Shown here: positions 1-10,058 of the stretch, piece after piece
How positions within the stretch are numbered: the stretch's first letter is position 1
Layout: each line of letters opens with the position of its first letter
Origin: an uncultured Spirochaetales bacterium
Lineage (GTDB): Bacteria; Spirochaetota; GWE2-31-10; JAFGQB01
Direction of reading: 5' to 3'
DNA length: 64,000 nt
Assembly (NCBI GenBank): GCA_964531405.1
Contig: CAZHHK010000001.1
Location: forward strand, 913 to 64,912
Position numbers and translations under genes: made by a program
The notes under the pieces: generated by a model
Databases searched by the model: none
What the model saw: only the letters and a program-made list of their open reading frames with translations
What the model was told of the DNA's origin: nothing

Positions 1-228
1 GACGGAGAAAGTTTAAAAATTTGAATAAATTTTTTCAATTTTCTCTCTATATTATGTTTTTACTTTAAATTTATTGGGCAATGCCCTCAAATTATTAGCA
101 AGACAGTATTACGAATAATAATATTAATTATAAACGCACTTTTATATCTAAAGGTATTTCGTTTGTAAATAATTATTAGTAAGTTGAATCTTTATCTAAA
201 CTAGCGTGAGCCTTACTTTCGGATTTAA

Positions 229-1878
229 TTATTCATACCATAATTTTCTTAGATTATTCTCATATACTCTTCTAGAAATAATTTTTGCTTTATCGTTTTT
301 AAATTTAATCTTCCTATATGAAACAGTAATCAATGTACCGAGTAAAAACAACATCAATAACCATTTAAAAAACCATCCCCATTTTCTATAAAAAGTAACA
401 TCTTCAAGAAGAGGCACCTGCCGTGCAATATAATCTTTTTTAAAAAGCTCGGATTGATATATGATATCTCCCGTGGGTAATATTATTGCAGAATAACCAG
501 TGCATGTTGCCCTTATTAATGTCTTTCTGTTTTCAATAGCTCTAAATCTAGCAAGCATTAAATGCATCTTCGGCTCGATCGTATTGCCATACCAGCTGTC
601 ATTGGTCACATTTATGATTATGTTTGATTCCTCACCTTTTATGTTAAGAGACTTTCTTACAAAATCCGGTATAATAGCTTCATAGCAGATATTCGGTACA
701 ATTTTAAAATTATTTATTTTTAAAATTTTGTTTTCTTTACCACTTGAAAATTCTTTATAGCCAAGAAAATTTAAAATACTGTTTAATCCTAACGGCATTC
801 TCTCTGCGAAAGGTAAAAGCTTGATCTTACTGTAGCTATCCACATACTTTTTATTGCTTGAAATCAGCACCAGAGAATTATACACATCATAATCTCCGTT
901 ATCTTTATAGTCAATCAAATTAATACCGGTCAACAATGAAGAGCCGCTGAATTTTTTTATCCCATCATAATTTTTGACTTTTACATCATAAATCTTTGTA
1001 ACTGCCGTCTCTGGCCATACTATAAGCACAGGTTTTTGATCAATAAGAGAAATTGATAATTCATTATAGGCATTTATCATTTCATCAGATCTAGTCTCAT
1101 CAAGCTTATCTATTCCTGAATAATTCCCTTGAACAACTCCAATTATTGATTCAGGTGAATCATTATATAAATTTTTAATATAATTACATCTTAAAATTCC
1201 ATAAATGCTTGATAAAATTATTACGCATATCACTGTCAAAAACAGTAAGGCAGATCGTTTTATATTTTTTTTATAAAGATATGCTTCAATAAGAATTATA
1301 CATGCACTGTTAGAAGAAAACACTATAAATGTAATAAGTGGAACTCCCAGCAAATCTGCTATTTGAGAAAAATGAAAAAATATATATTGGGAGTAACCTA
1401 TTTGATCGTACCACAACTTCGGGAAGAACACATCGAGTACTGTAAACACTACCGGCACATAAAAATAAAAAAGTCGTATGTTTCTCTTTGCAATATACCT
1501 CGCGATCAAGAAACCAGCAACATACATCAATCCATGATAAGAGCATATACCTATATTTATTAACCATGAAATAATTAATGACAGCGCTTTAAATATGAAA
1601 CTGTTAGAATTCATAAATAAAACCGGAGCAAGAGAAAGAGGCATCCACCAAAAATGAACCATATATGCAGTGAAACCGAATATAAGAGAGTAAATCACTC
1701 CATCTTTATAATTCTCATATTTAATCATATAAAGATAGGGTATAAATGTAAACCATGTAAGAAGAGCAAATGAATAACCGACCTGGGCAAAAGACCAGAG
1801 AGCACCGAATAAAGCATATAGCGCTATTTTGCCAAGAATATGAGTATTTTTTATTCTGTTTTCTAAATTGTTTTCCAT
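229..1878 (-). CDS. lnt: Apolipoprotein N-acyltransferase (N-terminal polytopic membrane domain + C-N hydrolase domain)
   Basis: 549-aa ORF; about 8 hydrophobic helices in the N-terminal half; C-terminal nitrilase-like domain with the WPE motif (IVWPETA) and a catalytic Cys in NICYEAIIP. Length and architecture are typical for Lnt. Confidence 0.85.
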   Translation of the reverse strand: MENNLENRIKNTHILGKIALYALFGALWSFAQVGYSFALLTWFTFIPYLYMIKYENYKDGVIYSLIFGFTAYMVHFWWMPLSLAPVLFMNSNSFIFKALSLIISWLINIGICSYHGLMYVAGFLIARYIAKRNIRLFYFYVPVVFTVLDVFFPKLWYDQIGYSQYIFFHFSQIADLLGVPLITFIVFSSNSACIILIEAYLYKKNIKRSALLFLTVICVIILSSIYGILRCNYIKNLYNDSPESIIGVVQGNYSGIDKLDETRSDEMINAYNELSISLIDQKPVLIVWPETAVTKIYDVKVKNYDGIKKFSGSSLLTGINLIDYKDNGDYDVYNSLVLISSNKKYVDSYSKIKLLPFAERMPLGLNSILNFLGYKEFSSGKENKILKINNFKIVPNICYEAIIPDFVRKSLNIKGEESNIIINVTNDSWYGNTIEPKMHLMLARFRAIENRKTLIRATCTGYSAIILPTGDIIYQSELFKKDYIARQVPLLEDVTFYRKWGWFFKWLLMLFLLGTLITVSYRKIKFKNDKAKIISRRVYENNLRKLWYE

Positions 1879-1883
1879 AAGCT

Positions 1884-3125
1884 TTAATCCAATTGATGTA
1901 TTACAAAACCTGACCTTGGTTTTGGATCAAACCATGTTGACTTGGGAGGCATAAGCAAACCTGCATCACTTACTCTTATTAATTCATCTATAGATGTTGG
2001 ATACATACTAAACATTACCTTAAATTCTCCGTTGTCAACCATTTTTTTTATTTCACCAGAAGACTTATTCCCACCAAAAAATTCGATCCTTTTATTCGTC
2101 CTTGGATTAACAATCCCCAATATTGCGTCAAGTATATATTTTTGTAAAATACTAGCATCAAGAGACAGTACAGGATCCGCTGTATTTTTAATTGTATCCT
2201 TCGGCTTCATTAAAAACCATTTGTTGCCCACATACATGCAGATTTGACCTTTTTTTAAAGGATTAAAACCTTCATCGCCATCATTGGTATTTATCTCTTC
2301 TAGATCAAAATTAGTCTTTATTTTATCTAAAAAACCTTCAACAGTATTACCGTTTAAATCTCTGATGGCTCTATTATACGGTAAAATCCTTAAAGAATCA
2401 TAAGAATAAACAATAGACATAACATAATTTGACTCATTATCTTCACTATTTATTCTTTTCTGTGCAACCTGTCTAGCAGCGCTTGCTCTATGATGCCCAT
2501 CGGCAATATAAAGGCAATCTATTTTTTCAAACTCATTAATTATATCATTAATAACTTTTTCGTTATTAATTATCCAGAATGTATGTCTGATTTTATCATC
2601 AGTTGTAAAATCATTTTCTGGTTTATTTTTCTGAATATCAAAAATTATTTTATCAAGATTCGTTTTTTTGTTGTGTATTAAAAAAACAGGGCCGGTCTGA
2701 GCATTTAATTCTTCTATATGCCGTATTCTATCATTTTCTTTTTCGGTTAATGTGTTTTCATGTTTTTTAATCCTGCCATTGACAAAATCATTAACATGAA
2801 TGACTCCTATAATACCCGTTTGCGAAAATTCTCCAAGAGTCTGTCTATATAAATACATACTTTTTTTGTCGTCTCTAACAAGGTATCCTTTTTCAATAAA
2901 TTCAAAAAAATTGTTTTTTGCTCTTTTGTAAACCTCATCGGAATAAGGATTAATATTTTCATCAAATTCTGATTCGGCTCTAGAAATTTTGTAAAAAGAC
3001 AAAGGATTTTTCTTAACTATTTCTTTTATCTCTTTTACTGACAAAACATCGTAAGGATATTCGACTATTTTTTCACAAAAATTTTTATTTGCTCTTAGCC
3101 CTCTAAAAGGTTTTATATTTATCAT
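1884..3125 (-). CDS. DUF1015 family protein (conserved hypothetical)
   Basis: 413-aa ORF, 5-nt spacing to lnt. Conserved blocks (GVIHVNDF, ADGHHRASAA, EFFGGNKSSGEI) match what I recall for DUF1015. No other recognisable catalytic motif. Confidence 0.6.
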   Translation of the reverse strand: MINIKPFRGLRANKNFCEKIVEYPYDVLSVKEIKEIVKKNPLSFYKISRAESEFDENINPYSDEVYKRAKNNFFEFIEKGYLVRDDKKSMYLYRQTLGEFSQTGIIGVIHVNDFVNGRIKKHENTLTEKENDRIRHIEELNAQTGPVFLIHNKKTNLDKIIFDIQKNKPENDFTTDDKIRHTFWIINNEKVINDIINEFEKIDCLYIADGHHRASAARQVAQKRINSEDNESNYVMSIVYSYDSLRILPYNRAIRDLNGNTVEGFLDKIKTNFDLEEINTNDGDEGFNPLKKGQICMYVGNKWFLMKPKDTIKNTADPVLSLDASILQKYILDAILGIVNPRTNKRIEFFGGNKSSGEIKKMVDNGEFKVMFSMYPTSIDELIRVSDAGLLMPPKSTWFDPKPRSGFVIHQLD

Positions 3126-3214
3126 TATTTTCTTTCTCCGGACTTATTTCAATTTTGAATTAACTTTTATATATTGATTTGTCAAGATTGTTTTTCTATT
3201 ATAATCATTGTTGC

Positions 3215-4990
3215 CTATTTTACTAAATTAGGGAGAGGGTTACCCAGATAATACCCTTGAGAATAATCTATTTTTAAATATTTTACTTTATCATAGATCT
3301 TTTTGTTTGCAACAAATTCGGCAATTGTTTTAATATTAAGCTTTCGCGTAAACATTACAATCGTCTCGGTTATTATCTGTGAATTAACATCGTTAACCAG
3401 ATTCTTTATCAATGACGAGTCTATTTTAATATAGTCAACATGCATTCGTAAAATATACTCAAAATTTGAATATCCTGCCCCAAAATCATCTATAGCAATG
3501 CTACATCCCTTTTTCTTTAGATCTTTTATAAATTTGGAAACAACATCATTGTCTTCAAGTCTATTTGTCTCCAACAGTTCGAATGTGACCCTTTTAGCAA
3601 TTTTATATTCACTTAATAATTTATAAATGAATTCAACTGTATCTTCGTCAACAATATCCTCTAGTGATATATTAAGCGAAAAATTTATATTTCTATTTTT
3701 AAAAAAATCAAATGACTTTAAAATCATTATTTTTGTAATATGTGAATAAAGTTTTGATTTTTTTGCTATGTCAAGGAAAAAGTGAGGCGTCATAAAGAAT
3801 CCATCTTTTAAAAGTCTCACAAGGCACTCATATTTATGAATTTTACCGGTTCTATTATCTACAATCGGCTGAAAAAACGGGATTATCCCATCACCTTCTA
3901 TAGCCTTTGTCAAATCTTTAACCCACGTCAAATTGTATTCATATTCATCAATAATATGCATGGACTCATCAAAAATCATAAAATCTTTACGTATTTCTTT
4001 AGCCTTTTTTAAAGCCATATCAGCGTTTGCAAGAACATCTTTTGAATTTTTAGAAACCCCCATCGTTATATTGATTATTATTTCAAGATTATTATAAATA
4101 AAACCCATAGTTAGATCTTGATGTATTTTTTTTAAGAATGAGATAAGTTCATTTTTATCATCGATTATCTTTGTAATAATTGCAAATTCATCGGCATGAA
4201 GCTTATACATATTGATTACTCTGCTGTCATTAAAAAATTTTTTCATTCTATTCGCAATTTCTTTAATCGTCATATCTCCAATTTCACTGCCATAAAAATC
4301 ATTTATTCTTTTAAAATCATCAATATTTATAAGTATCAAATGATAATTGTATGTTTTATTAGTTGATATATCCTCTATCATTTTGAATCTGTTTGGGAGA
4401 TTAGTTAAATTATTGAAATAAAATTGATTTCTGATTAATATTTCGCTTTTACTAGTTGTATCTTCGTAAAAAAAAGCCAATGTGGCAAGGCAGATGAATA
4501 TAAGCAAGAGGTTTATAAAAATCGATTTGTTATAAATCAATTTATTCAGATTAAAATAATCAAGTACTATCAAAACTATTACACATAATATGAATGCTAT
4601 TATAAAAATGATTCCCTTTAACTTCCCTTTCAAATACAGGCTTAAAAATGGAAACACTGCAATCCAGATAATTCCCATGTTTAAAAATCCGCCTACAGCT
4701 ATACCTCCAATGAATAAAAAAAGGCTAATTATTAAAACTCCAGTGCCAGCAATTTCCAGTTTTTTATGTATATAGTACAATATTAAATTTAAAACAATAG
4801 CGGTTACACTGATTAAATCGATCAATGCCATATTAGGATTTTTGTAAATATAAAACTGGATAAAATAATATGCAATCAATATGATAATGCCAAACAATGA
4901 ATAAAATATAAAAAAATTCTTTTTGCGGGTTCCCTTAAAGGATTTTTCATCAAAAAAATTTTGATTATTCTTTCTGTTGCTATCATTCAT
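3215..4990 (-). CDS. Membrane-anchored GGDEF-EAL protein (degenerate GGDEF, EAL-type c-di-GMP phosphodiesterase)
   Basis: 591-aa ORF. N-terminal about 170 aa contain 5-6 hydrophobic helices. The GGDEF-like domain carries HADEF instead of GG(D/E)EF. The EAL domain reads ECLVRL, with the catalytic Glu retained and DDFGAGYSN present. Confidence 0.75.
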   Translation of the reverse strand: MNDSNRKNNQNFFDEKSFKGTRKKNFFIFYSLFGIIILIAYYFIQFYIYKNPNMALIDLISVTAIVLNLILYYIHKKLEIAGTGVLIISLFLFIGGIAVGGFLNMGIIWIAVFPFLSLYLKGKLKGIIFIIAFILCVIVLIVLDYFNLNKLIYNKSIFINLLLIFICLATLAFFYEDTTSKSEILIRNQFYFNNLTNLPNRFKMIEDISTNKTYNYHLILINIDDFKRINDFYGSEIGDMTIKEIANRMKKFFNDSRVINMYKLHADEFAIITKIIDDKNELISFLKKIHQDLTMGFIYNNLEIIINITMGVSKNSKDVLANADMALKKAKEIRKDFMIFDESMHIIDEYEYNLTWVKDLTKAIEGDGIIPFFQPIVDNRTGKIHKYECLVRLLKDGFFMTPHFFLDIAKKSKLYSHITKIMILKSFDFFKNRNINFSLNISLEDIVDEDTVEFIYKLLSEYKIAKRVTFELLETNRLEDNDVVSKFIKDLKKKGCSIAIDDFGAGYSNFEYILRMHVDYIKIDSSLIKNLVNDVNSQIITETIVMFTRKLNIKTIAEFVANKKIYDKVKYLKIDYSQGYYLGNPLPNLVK

Positions 4991-4996
4991 ATTTTT

Positions 4997-5809
4997 TTAC
5001 GTACTTAATTCTCTGGATCTATTTGTAGCAGCTCTTACCGCTTCAATAATTCCAGATCTAAAACCCGCTTTCTCTAATACCGATAAACCTTCGATAGTTG
5101 TTCCAGCTGGTGAAGTTACCATATATTTTAAATCTTCTATGTTTTTAGTGCCATCTATCATAGAACATGAGCCGATTATAGTCTGTACGACAAGATTTTG
5201 TGCTATCTGCCTGGATAATCCGCACAATACACCTCCCTGCACCAGAGCCTCGATAAATGTAAACACATAAGCTGGTCCTGATCCGCTTAATCCGGTCACA
5301 GCATCAAGATATTTCTCTTCCATAATTTCAACTTTACCAATCGATTCAAAAATCACTTTAACTTTATTTATATCTTCTTCATTTGTTTTAGTCGATGCCG
5401 AAATTACACTCATCGCCTGTAAAACTAGAGCAGGAGTATTTGGCATAATCCTGATTATGCTTTTGTCTGTACCAAAAAATTCTTCAAGTTTTTTTATTTT
5501 AATACCGGCCATTATCGAAACAATCACAGAATTATTTCTAAGATTTTTAAACAGTTCCACCATTTTTTGATCCGCATTAAACCCGTTAAAAACTTGCGGT
5601 TTTACAGCAAGAATGATTATATCAAAATTGGATATTTTTTCTTTTTTTTGATCAAACGAATTAATACTGTATGAAGCTATAACTTTTTGTTCGGTATCCC
5701 TATTTATCTCATAGATAAAAACATCTTCATTTTTTACCACGTTTTTTTTGATTATTCCGCTAATAATAGCCTGTGCCATATTACCGGCACCGATAAACAA
5801 TATTTTCAT
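4997..5809 (-). CDS. proC: Pyrroline-5-carboxylate reductase
   Basis: 270 aa; N-terminal Rossmann motif ILFIGAGNMAQAI; C-terminal P5CR dimerisation signature (TSPAGTTIEGL). Confidence 0.85.
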   Translation of the reverse strand: MKILFIGAGNMAQAIISGIIKKNVVKNEDVFIYEINRDTEQKVIASYSINSFDQKKEKISNFDIIILAVKPQVFNGFNADQKMVELFKNLRNNSVIVSIMAGIKIKKLEEFFGTDKSIIRIMPNTPALVLQAMSVISASTKTNEEDINKVKVIFESIGKVEIMEEKYLDAVTGLSGSGPAYVFTFIEALVQGGVLCGLSRQIAQNLVVQTIIGSCSMIDGTKNIEDLKYMVTSPAGTTIEGLSVLEKAGFRSGIIEAVRAATNRSRELST

Positions 5810-5824
5810 ACAATCCTCTTTTAA

Positions 5825-6334
5825 TTAATTTTTATTAAACATAAAACATGCTTCATCATGCCTTACTTCCCAGAAACCCGTACTCATCATAAACTCCTCG
5901 ACAATTAAAGGACCCATGAATTTAAAATTATGTTTAAAAATTTTTAATACTTTATCCCTATCCGCGATCGGCAGAGTATGCATAAATTTATCAAAAGAAG
6001 AATATTCCTTAACTATCTCAATAAATTTCTTTGCATTAAATATGGTTGCATCAATCTTTCTTCTGTTTCTAATTATAGATGGATCATTCATTAATGAGTC
6101 GATTTTTTTAGTGCTATAACGTGCTATTTTATAAAAATCAAATCCATCAAAAGCTCTGTTAAAGTCTGCACGCTTTTTTAAAATAGTTTCCCAGCTTAAG
6201 CCTGCCTGAAATAATTCCAAAATCAACCTTTCGAAATAGAGTTTGTCATCATTGATTCTTAAACCGTATTCATTATCGTGATAATCCGCAAGAAATTTAT
6301 TCTTGTTTGCCCAAGAGCATCTTATTTTTCCCAT
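5825..6334 (-). CDS. tag: DNA-3-methyladenine glycosylase I
   Basis: 169 aa; N-terminal RCSWA...YHDNEYG block typical of the Tag family; HhH glycosylase fold length. Confidence 0.85.
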   Translation of the reverse strand: MGKIRCSWANKNKFLADYHDNEYGLRINDDKLYFERLILELFQAGLSWETILKKRADFNRAFDGFDFYKIARYSTKKIDSLMNDPSIIRNRRKIDATIFNAKKFIEIVKEYSSFDKFMHTLPIADRDKVLKIFKHNFKFMGPLIVEEFMMSTGFWEVRHDEACFMFNKN

Positions 6335-6393
6335 CGGTTAATATTATAATATATTTTGATTAAATATGACAGTATAAAGATAAATAAAATTTA

Positions 6394-7224
6394 TTAATTT
6401 ATATATTTAATAATTTTATTACTTTGATTCCTGGCAGTTTCCTTAAAATCTCCCAGATAATCTGAAGCATCATCAAAATACTTTATAAAATCTTTGTATT
6501 TTTTGTTTTTAATTATCCTGTAAAGTTTTTTTACAGAATTAATATAAGTTTTTAAAACTTTGGGCATATCAGGATTTTGTATTTCTATCCCTGCATATAA
6601 TTGAGGATTTTGATTTAAAATCCGTCCTGATAGCAACATCTTGAGTTTATATGCCGGATTCGAATACTCCATGCTTTCTTTAACATCAAAATTTATTGTT
6701 TTTAAAGAATCAATCATTGTCATTGATGTAAAATGTGTCAATCCCTGAACTATAGCCATCATTTGATCATGAGCTTCAGGAGTTGAAATTTTTACAATGG
6801 CTTTTGCTTTAACAAGAATCTTTTTAATCCATTCAAACCATTCCTTACCCCTTGCCGGGCAGACTACAATGATTTGATTCTTCAAATCCCTTACTCCATC
6901 TCCAAACATAGGATGCATCCCAACAACAGATGAAACCGAATTTTCAAGCATTACTTTTACTGGTTCTTTTTTTAAGGAAGTTAAATCCATCAATAAACCT
7001 GTTTTTTTTACCACAGGTCCGACTTTTTTTATTATTTCTAAGGTTTTGTCTATAGGCACAGATACAATAACCACATCACTTGTTTTAGCGCACTGCTCAA
7101 TAGATAATTTTGTCTTTCTTGAAGCGGTCAGTACTTTAAATCCTCTTTCTGTGAAAAATTTTTCAAAAATGCCACCCATTATTCCAGTGCCACCTATTAT
7201 ACCAATGACTGGATTTTTAATCAT
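6394..7224 (-). CDS. tyrA: Prephenate dehydrogenase
   Basis: 276 aa; N-terminal NAD-binding IGIIGGTGIMGG; catalytic His region (VGMHPMFG) characteristic of TyrA/arogenate dehydrogenases. Confidence 0.75.
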   Translation of the reverse strand: MIKNPVIGIIGGTGIMGGIFEKFFTERGFKVLTASRKTKLSIEQCAKTSDVVIVSVPIDKTLEIIKKVGPVVKKTGLLMDLTSLKKEPVKVMLENSVSSVVGMHPMFGDGVRDLKNQIIVVCPARGKEWFEWIKKILVKAKAIVKISTPEAHDQMMAIVQGLTHFTSMTMIDSLKTINFDVKESMEYSNPAYKLKMLLSGRILNQNPQLYAGIEIQNPDMPKVLKTYINSVKKLYRIIKNKKYKDFIKYFDDASDYLGDFKETARNQSNKIIKYIN

Positions 7225-7235
7225 AATTCATATCC

Positions 7236-7904
7236 TTAGTCCCAGCTTTTTTGACTATCGCCTGTTATAGGAATTTTATCTCCCAAAAATTTGGGTTTTG
7301 ATCTGAATATAATTTTTAAAAAAGTTTTGACTCTTGCCATCTTCTCTCTCATCTTGTACCAGCGTATTCCGACATAAGTCATCCTGTCTGCGGTAAAACC
7401 ATAAGTTTTTATTCCCAGCATCCGTCCTATGAAAACAGCCCTGTTTAAATGAAATGCCTGTGTCACAACTATCATTGAATCTATACAAAAGATACTCTTA
7501 GCCCTGTGCACACTGTCATAGGTTTCAAATCCTGCATGATCAAGAAATATGTCTTCTTTGTTAATGTTATGGGACAGCAAAAACTTTTTCATGTTGTTGA
7601 CTTCATCGTAACTTAGCCTGCCATGATCCCCACTTAAAAGAAATTTTTTTACTTTGCCAGCCCTGTAAAGATCCATTGCTCTTAGAAGCCTGTCACGCAA
7701 AACATCACTCAACGCTCCATTGTTATAAACACGGGCACCAAGCACTAAAGCAGCCTGAGTTTCCGGAAAATCATCAATGTTTTTATAAATATATTCTTTG
7801 GAAATATCGACTATAATCATATTTATAAACAACATAAGGATTAAAGCCAAAATGATTACTGACAAAAAAATTATAGAAATTCTTTTTAGTAACGATTTAT
7901 TCAT
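7236..7904 (-). CDS. SanA/YdcF (DUF218) family envelope protein
   Basis: 222 aa; N-terminal TM helix; DUF218-type core (LVLGARV..., LLSGDHG). Confidence 0.6.
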   Translation of the reverse strand: MNKSLLKRISIIFLSVIILALILMLFINMIIVDISKEYIYKNIDDFPETQAALVLGARVYNNGALSDVLRDRLLRAMDLYRAGKVKKFLLSGDHGRLSYDEVNNMKKFLLSHNINKEDIFLDHAGFETYDSVHRAKSIFCIDSMIVVTQAFHLNRAVFIGRMLGIKTYGFTADRMTYVGIRWYKMREKMARVKTFLKIIFRSKPKFLGDKIPITGDSQKSWD

Positions 7905-9351
7905 AAGATTTTTTTATCTCTTTAAAAAACTTTTTTATCTTCTGAGCATCTTTTTTGCCGGGCGAAGACTCAAGTCCTGAGCATGCATCTATCATCAAAG
8001 GTTTGTATTTTTTAATAATCTCTGCAACATTGTCTGGATTTATCCCGCCAGCAAGGTACAAATCAATATTATTGCTGACCGCATAATTTAAAAGCTCATC
8101 ATCAATCAATTTACCGGTACCGCCATAGGCTTCTTTACTGAATGCATCATATAAAATTACAGGACTGGAATATCCTGCATTAAAATCCTCTTTTGAAGAA
8201 ACTCTCACCGCTTTATACCAGTTGACATTAAAGCCCGCTGCTTTTTCATTATCAATATCCCCGTGAAACTGGACTGCATCAAAATGTCCTTTCTTTACAG
8301 CATCTACAGCAGACTCAATAAATTCATCGACAACAACAAGTACTTTTAAAACCTTTTTGCCAATCTTCGATGAAATTGCCATAGCATCGTCCAATGCTAT
8401 TTGCCTTGGGCTTTTTGCTAGAATGAATCCAATGATATCAGCGCCATTTTTAACGGCTATTTTAGCATCATTTAAATTCGTTATTCCACAAATTTTTACA
8501 ACTATTTTCTTGGCAAGATATATCGTTTTAAATATTTTATTGTAAAAATCATTATGATTTTTTATGCCGTTTATAAAACCGTTTTTAATATCTGTAATCT
8601 TTGATTTTACATCCCCACTTTTTACAATGCTTGTGCCAACGAGTACTCCTTTAAATCCACTTGAACCAGCAAAGAATGCATCAGAGTAATTTCGTATTCC
8701 TGATTCATATATTACATTTATATCTTTATCAATGATTGATCTTAATGCAAAAGGATAAGCCCTGTTAATTTTAAATGATTTTAAATCTCTAGAATTAATC
8801 CCAAGTAATTTAGGTTTTATTTTCAACACCTCTTTTATTTCTTCAAAATTATGCACCTCGATTAGCGGCAAAAGACCCATTGACTCAGCCTTATTTTTCA
8901 TGGATTTAAGTTTTTTAATCCCTTTTTTTTCATCAATCAAAACAGAAGCAATCAATAGGACAAGATCGGCACCCATCCTATATGAGATTTCAATATCATC
9001 CTCATATATCAAAAAATCCTTACGTAAAACAGCTATATGAGGAAACGCTTTTTTTACGCTCATTAAATCATTGATGCTGCCGTAAAAAAAATCCTCTTCC
9101 GTTAAAATTGATATTATACCAGCACCGCTTTTAATATAATCACCGGCAAGACTCACTGGATCATTGATGTCATTCATCCGCCCTTCCGAAGGAGAGCCTC
9201 TTTTAATCTCCGTTATAACAATCCCGCCTAAAAAATCCGGTTTAACCAGAGGTACTTCTCTCTCAGACGGAATCTTTATTCCGAATGAAATACCTTTTTC
9301 TTTTATTTTGTTTATTCGTTTATCTATAATTTTTTGAAGTATTTCTTCCAT
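7897..9351 (-). CDS. trpC: Bifunctional indole-3-glycerol-phosphate synthase / phosphoribosylanthranilate isomerase (TrpC-TrpF fusion)
   Basis: 484 aa. The N-terminal half has IGPS motifs (EIKRGSPSEG, LRKDFLI). The C-terminal half has a PRAI TIM-barrel (KICGITN...DAKIA...GADIIGFI). It overlaps the sanA-like gene by 8 nt. Confidence 0.85.
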   Translation of the reverse strand: MEEILQKIIDKRINKIKEKGISFGIKIPSEREVPLVKPDFLGGIVITEIKRGSPSEGRMNDINDPVSLAGDYIKSGAGIISILTEEDFFYGSINDLMSVKKAFPHIAVLRKDFLIYEDDIEISYRMGADLVLLIASVLIDEKKGIKKLKSMKNKAESMGLLPLIEVHNFEEIKEVLKIKPKLLGINSRDLKSFKINRAYPFALRSIIDKDINVIYESGIRNYSDAFFAGSSGFKGVLVGTSIVKSGDVKSKITDIKNGFINGIKNHNDFYNKIFKTIYLAKKIVVKICGITNLNDAKIAVKNGADIIGFILAKSPRQIALDDAMAISSKIGKKVLKVLVVVDEFIESAVDAVKKGHFDAVQFHGDIDNEKAAGFNVNWYKAVRVSSKEDFNAGYSSPVILYDAFSKEAYGGTGKLIDDELLNYAVSNNIDLYLAGGINPDNVAEIIKKYKPLMIDACSGLESSPGKKDAQKIKKFFKEIKKSYE

Positions 9352-9390
9352 GATATCTACCTAAATTTATATAAAAATGTCAGCTTTAAA

Positions 9391-9858
9391 TCATTCCTGA
9401 TCTATTGGATGTATGCACCAGTCTTTTTCCGGATAAAATACACAAATCGTATTATCGGTTTTTAATTGAACTACCTTCGTTATGTTGGCGTTTGCAATAA
9501 GGGCTTTGCACTGATTACATACAAAATTATGTCCTACAATATAAATTGTAGAATCATCCGTAGAATGTCCGTTGCGTGCAGCCAGACTTATGGCATTGGA
9601 CTCTGCATGGCTTCCGACAGCCCTACATCTTTCAAGCTGGGTACCAGATTTAATATTATGCTTATCCCTATAGCAAAAGCCTATTTCAAGACAATTTTTT
9701 TGATACTGTGGAGAGCCGTTATAACCTGTACTTATTATATCCTTATTGCGTACAATAACAGCACCTACTTTATTTCGTAAACAGCTTGATCTTTGCGCAA
9801 CAACCCTGGCAATATTTAAAAAGTATTCATCCCATGTCGGTCTATACATAGATCGCAC
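9391..9858 (-). CDS. dCMP deaminase / ComEB-type cytidine-deoxycytidylate deaminase
   Basis: 155 aa; Zn-binding HAE (HAESNAI) and PCxxC (CNQCKALI) motifs. Confidence 0.8.
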   Translation of the reverse strand: MRSMYRPTWDEYFLNIARVVAQRSSCLRNKVGAVIVRNKDIISTGYNGSPQYQKNCLEIGFCYRDKHNIKSGTQLERCRAVGSHAESNAISLAARNGHSTDDSTIYIVGHNFVCNQCKALIANANITKVVQLKTDNTICVFYPEKDWCIHPIDQE

Positions 9859-10058
9859 TCCTTAAATCGGATTTATAAATTCTGTGTTCAATAATTCTTC
9901 TATCATAATAATCTAAGGATATCAATAACTTGGTTATACCTAAAATTTACATAAAAATCCATAAATTATACAATTTGTTATGAAGATTTATCAGTTAATA
10001 ATATAATATCAATATTAACTTAAACTAATTTCGACCTAAACTACTAAGGTAAAAATCT

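Noticed and set aside
1310-1567. Nested and antisense small ORFs inside long genes (for example 1310-1567, 1363-1563, 7276-7488, 11247-12020, 13011-13946 and many other 60-100-aa ORFs in the track)
   Set aside because: They lie entirely within well-supported longer CDSs on the same or opposite strand. They lack SD sequences and have the biased composition expected of out-of-frame translation of AT-rich coding DNA.
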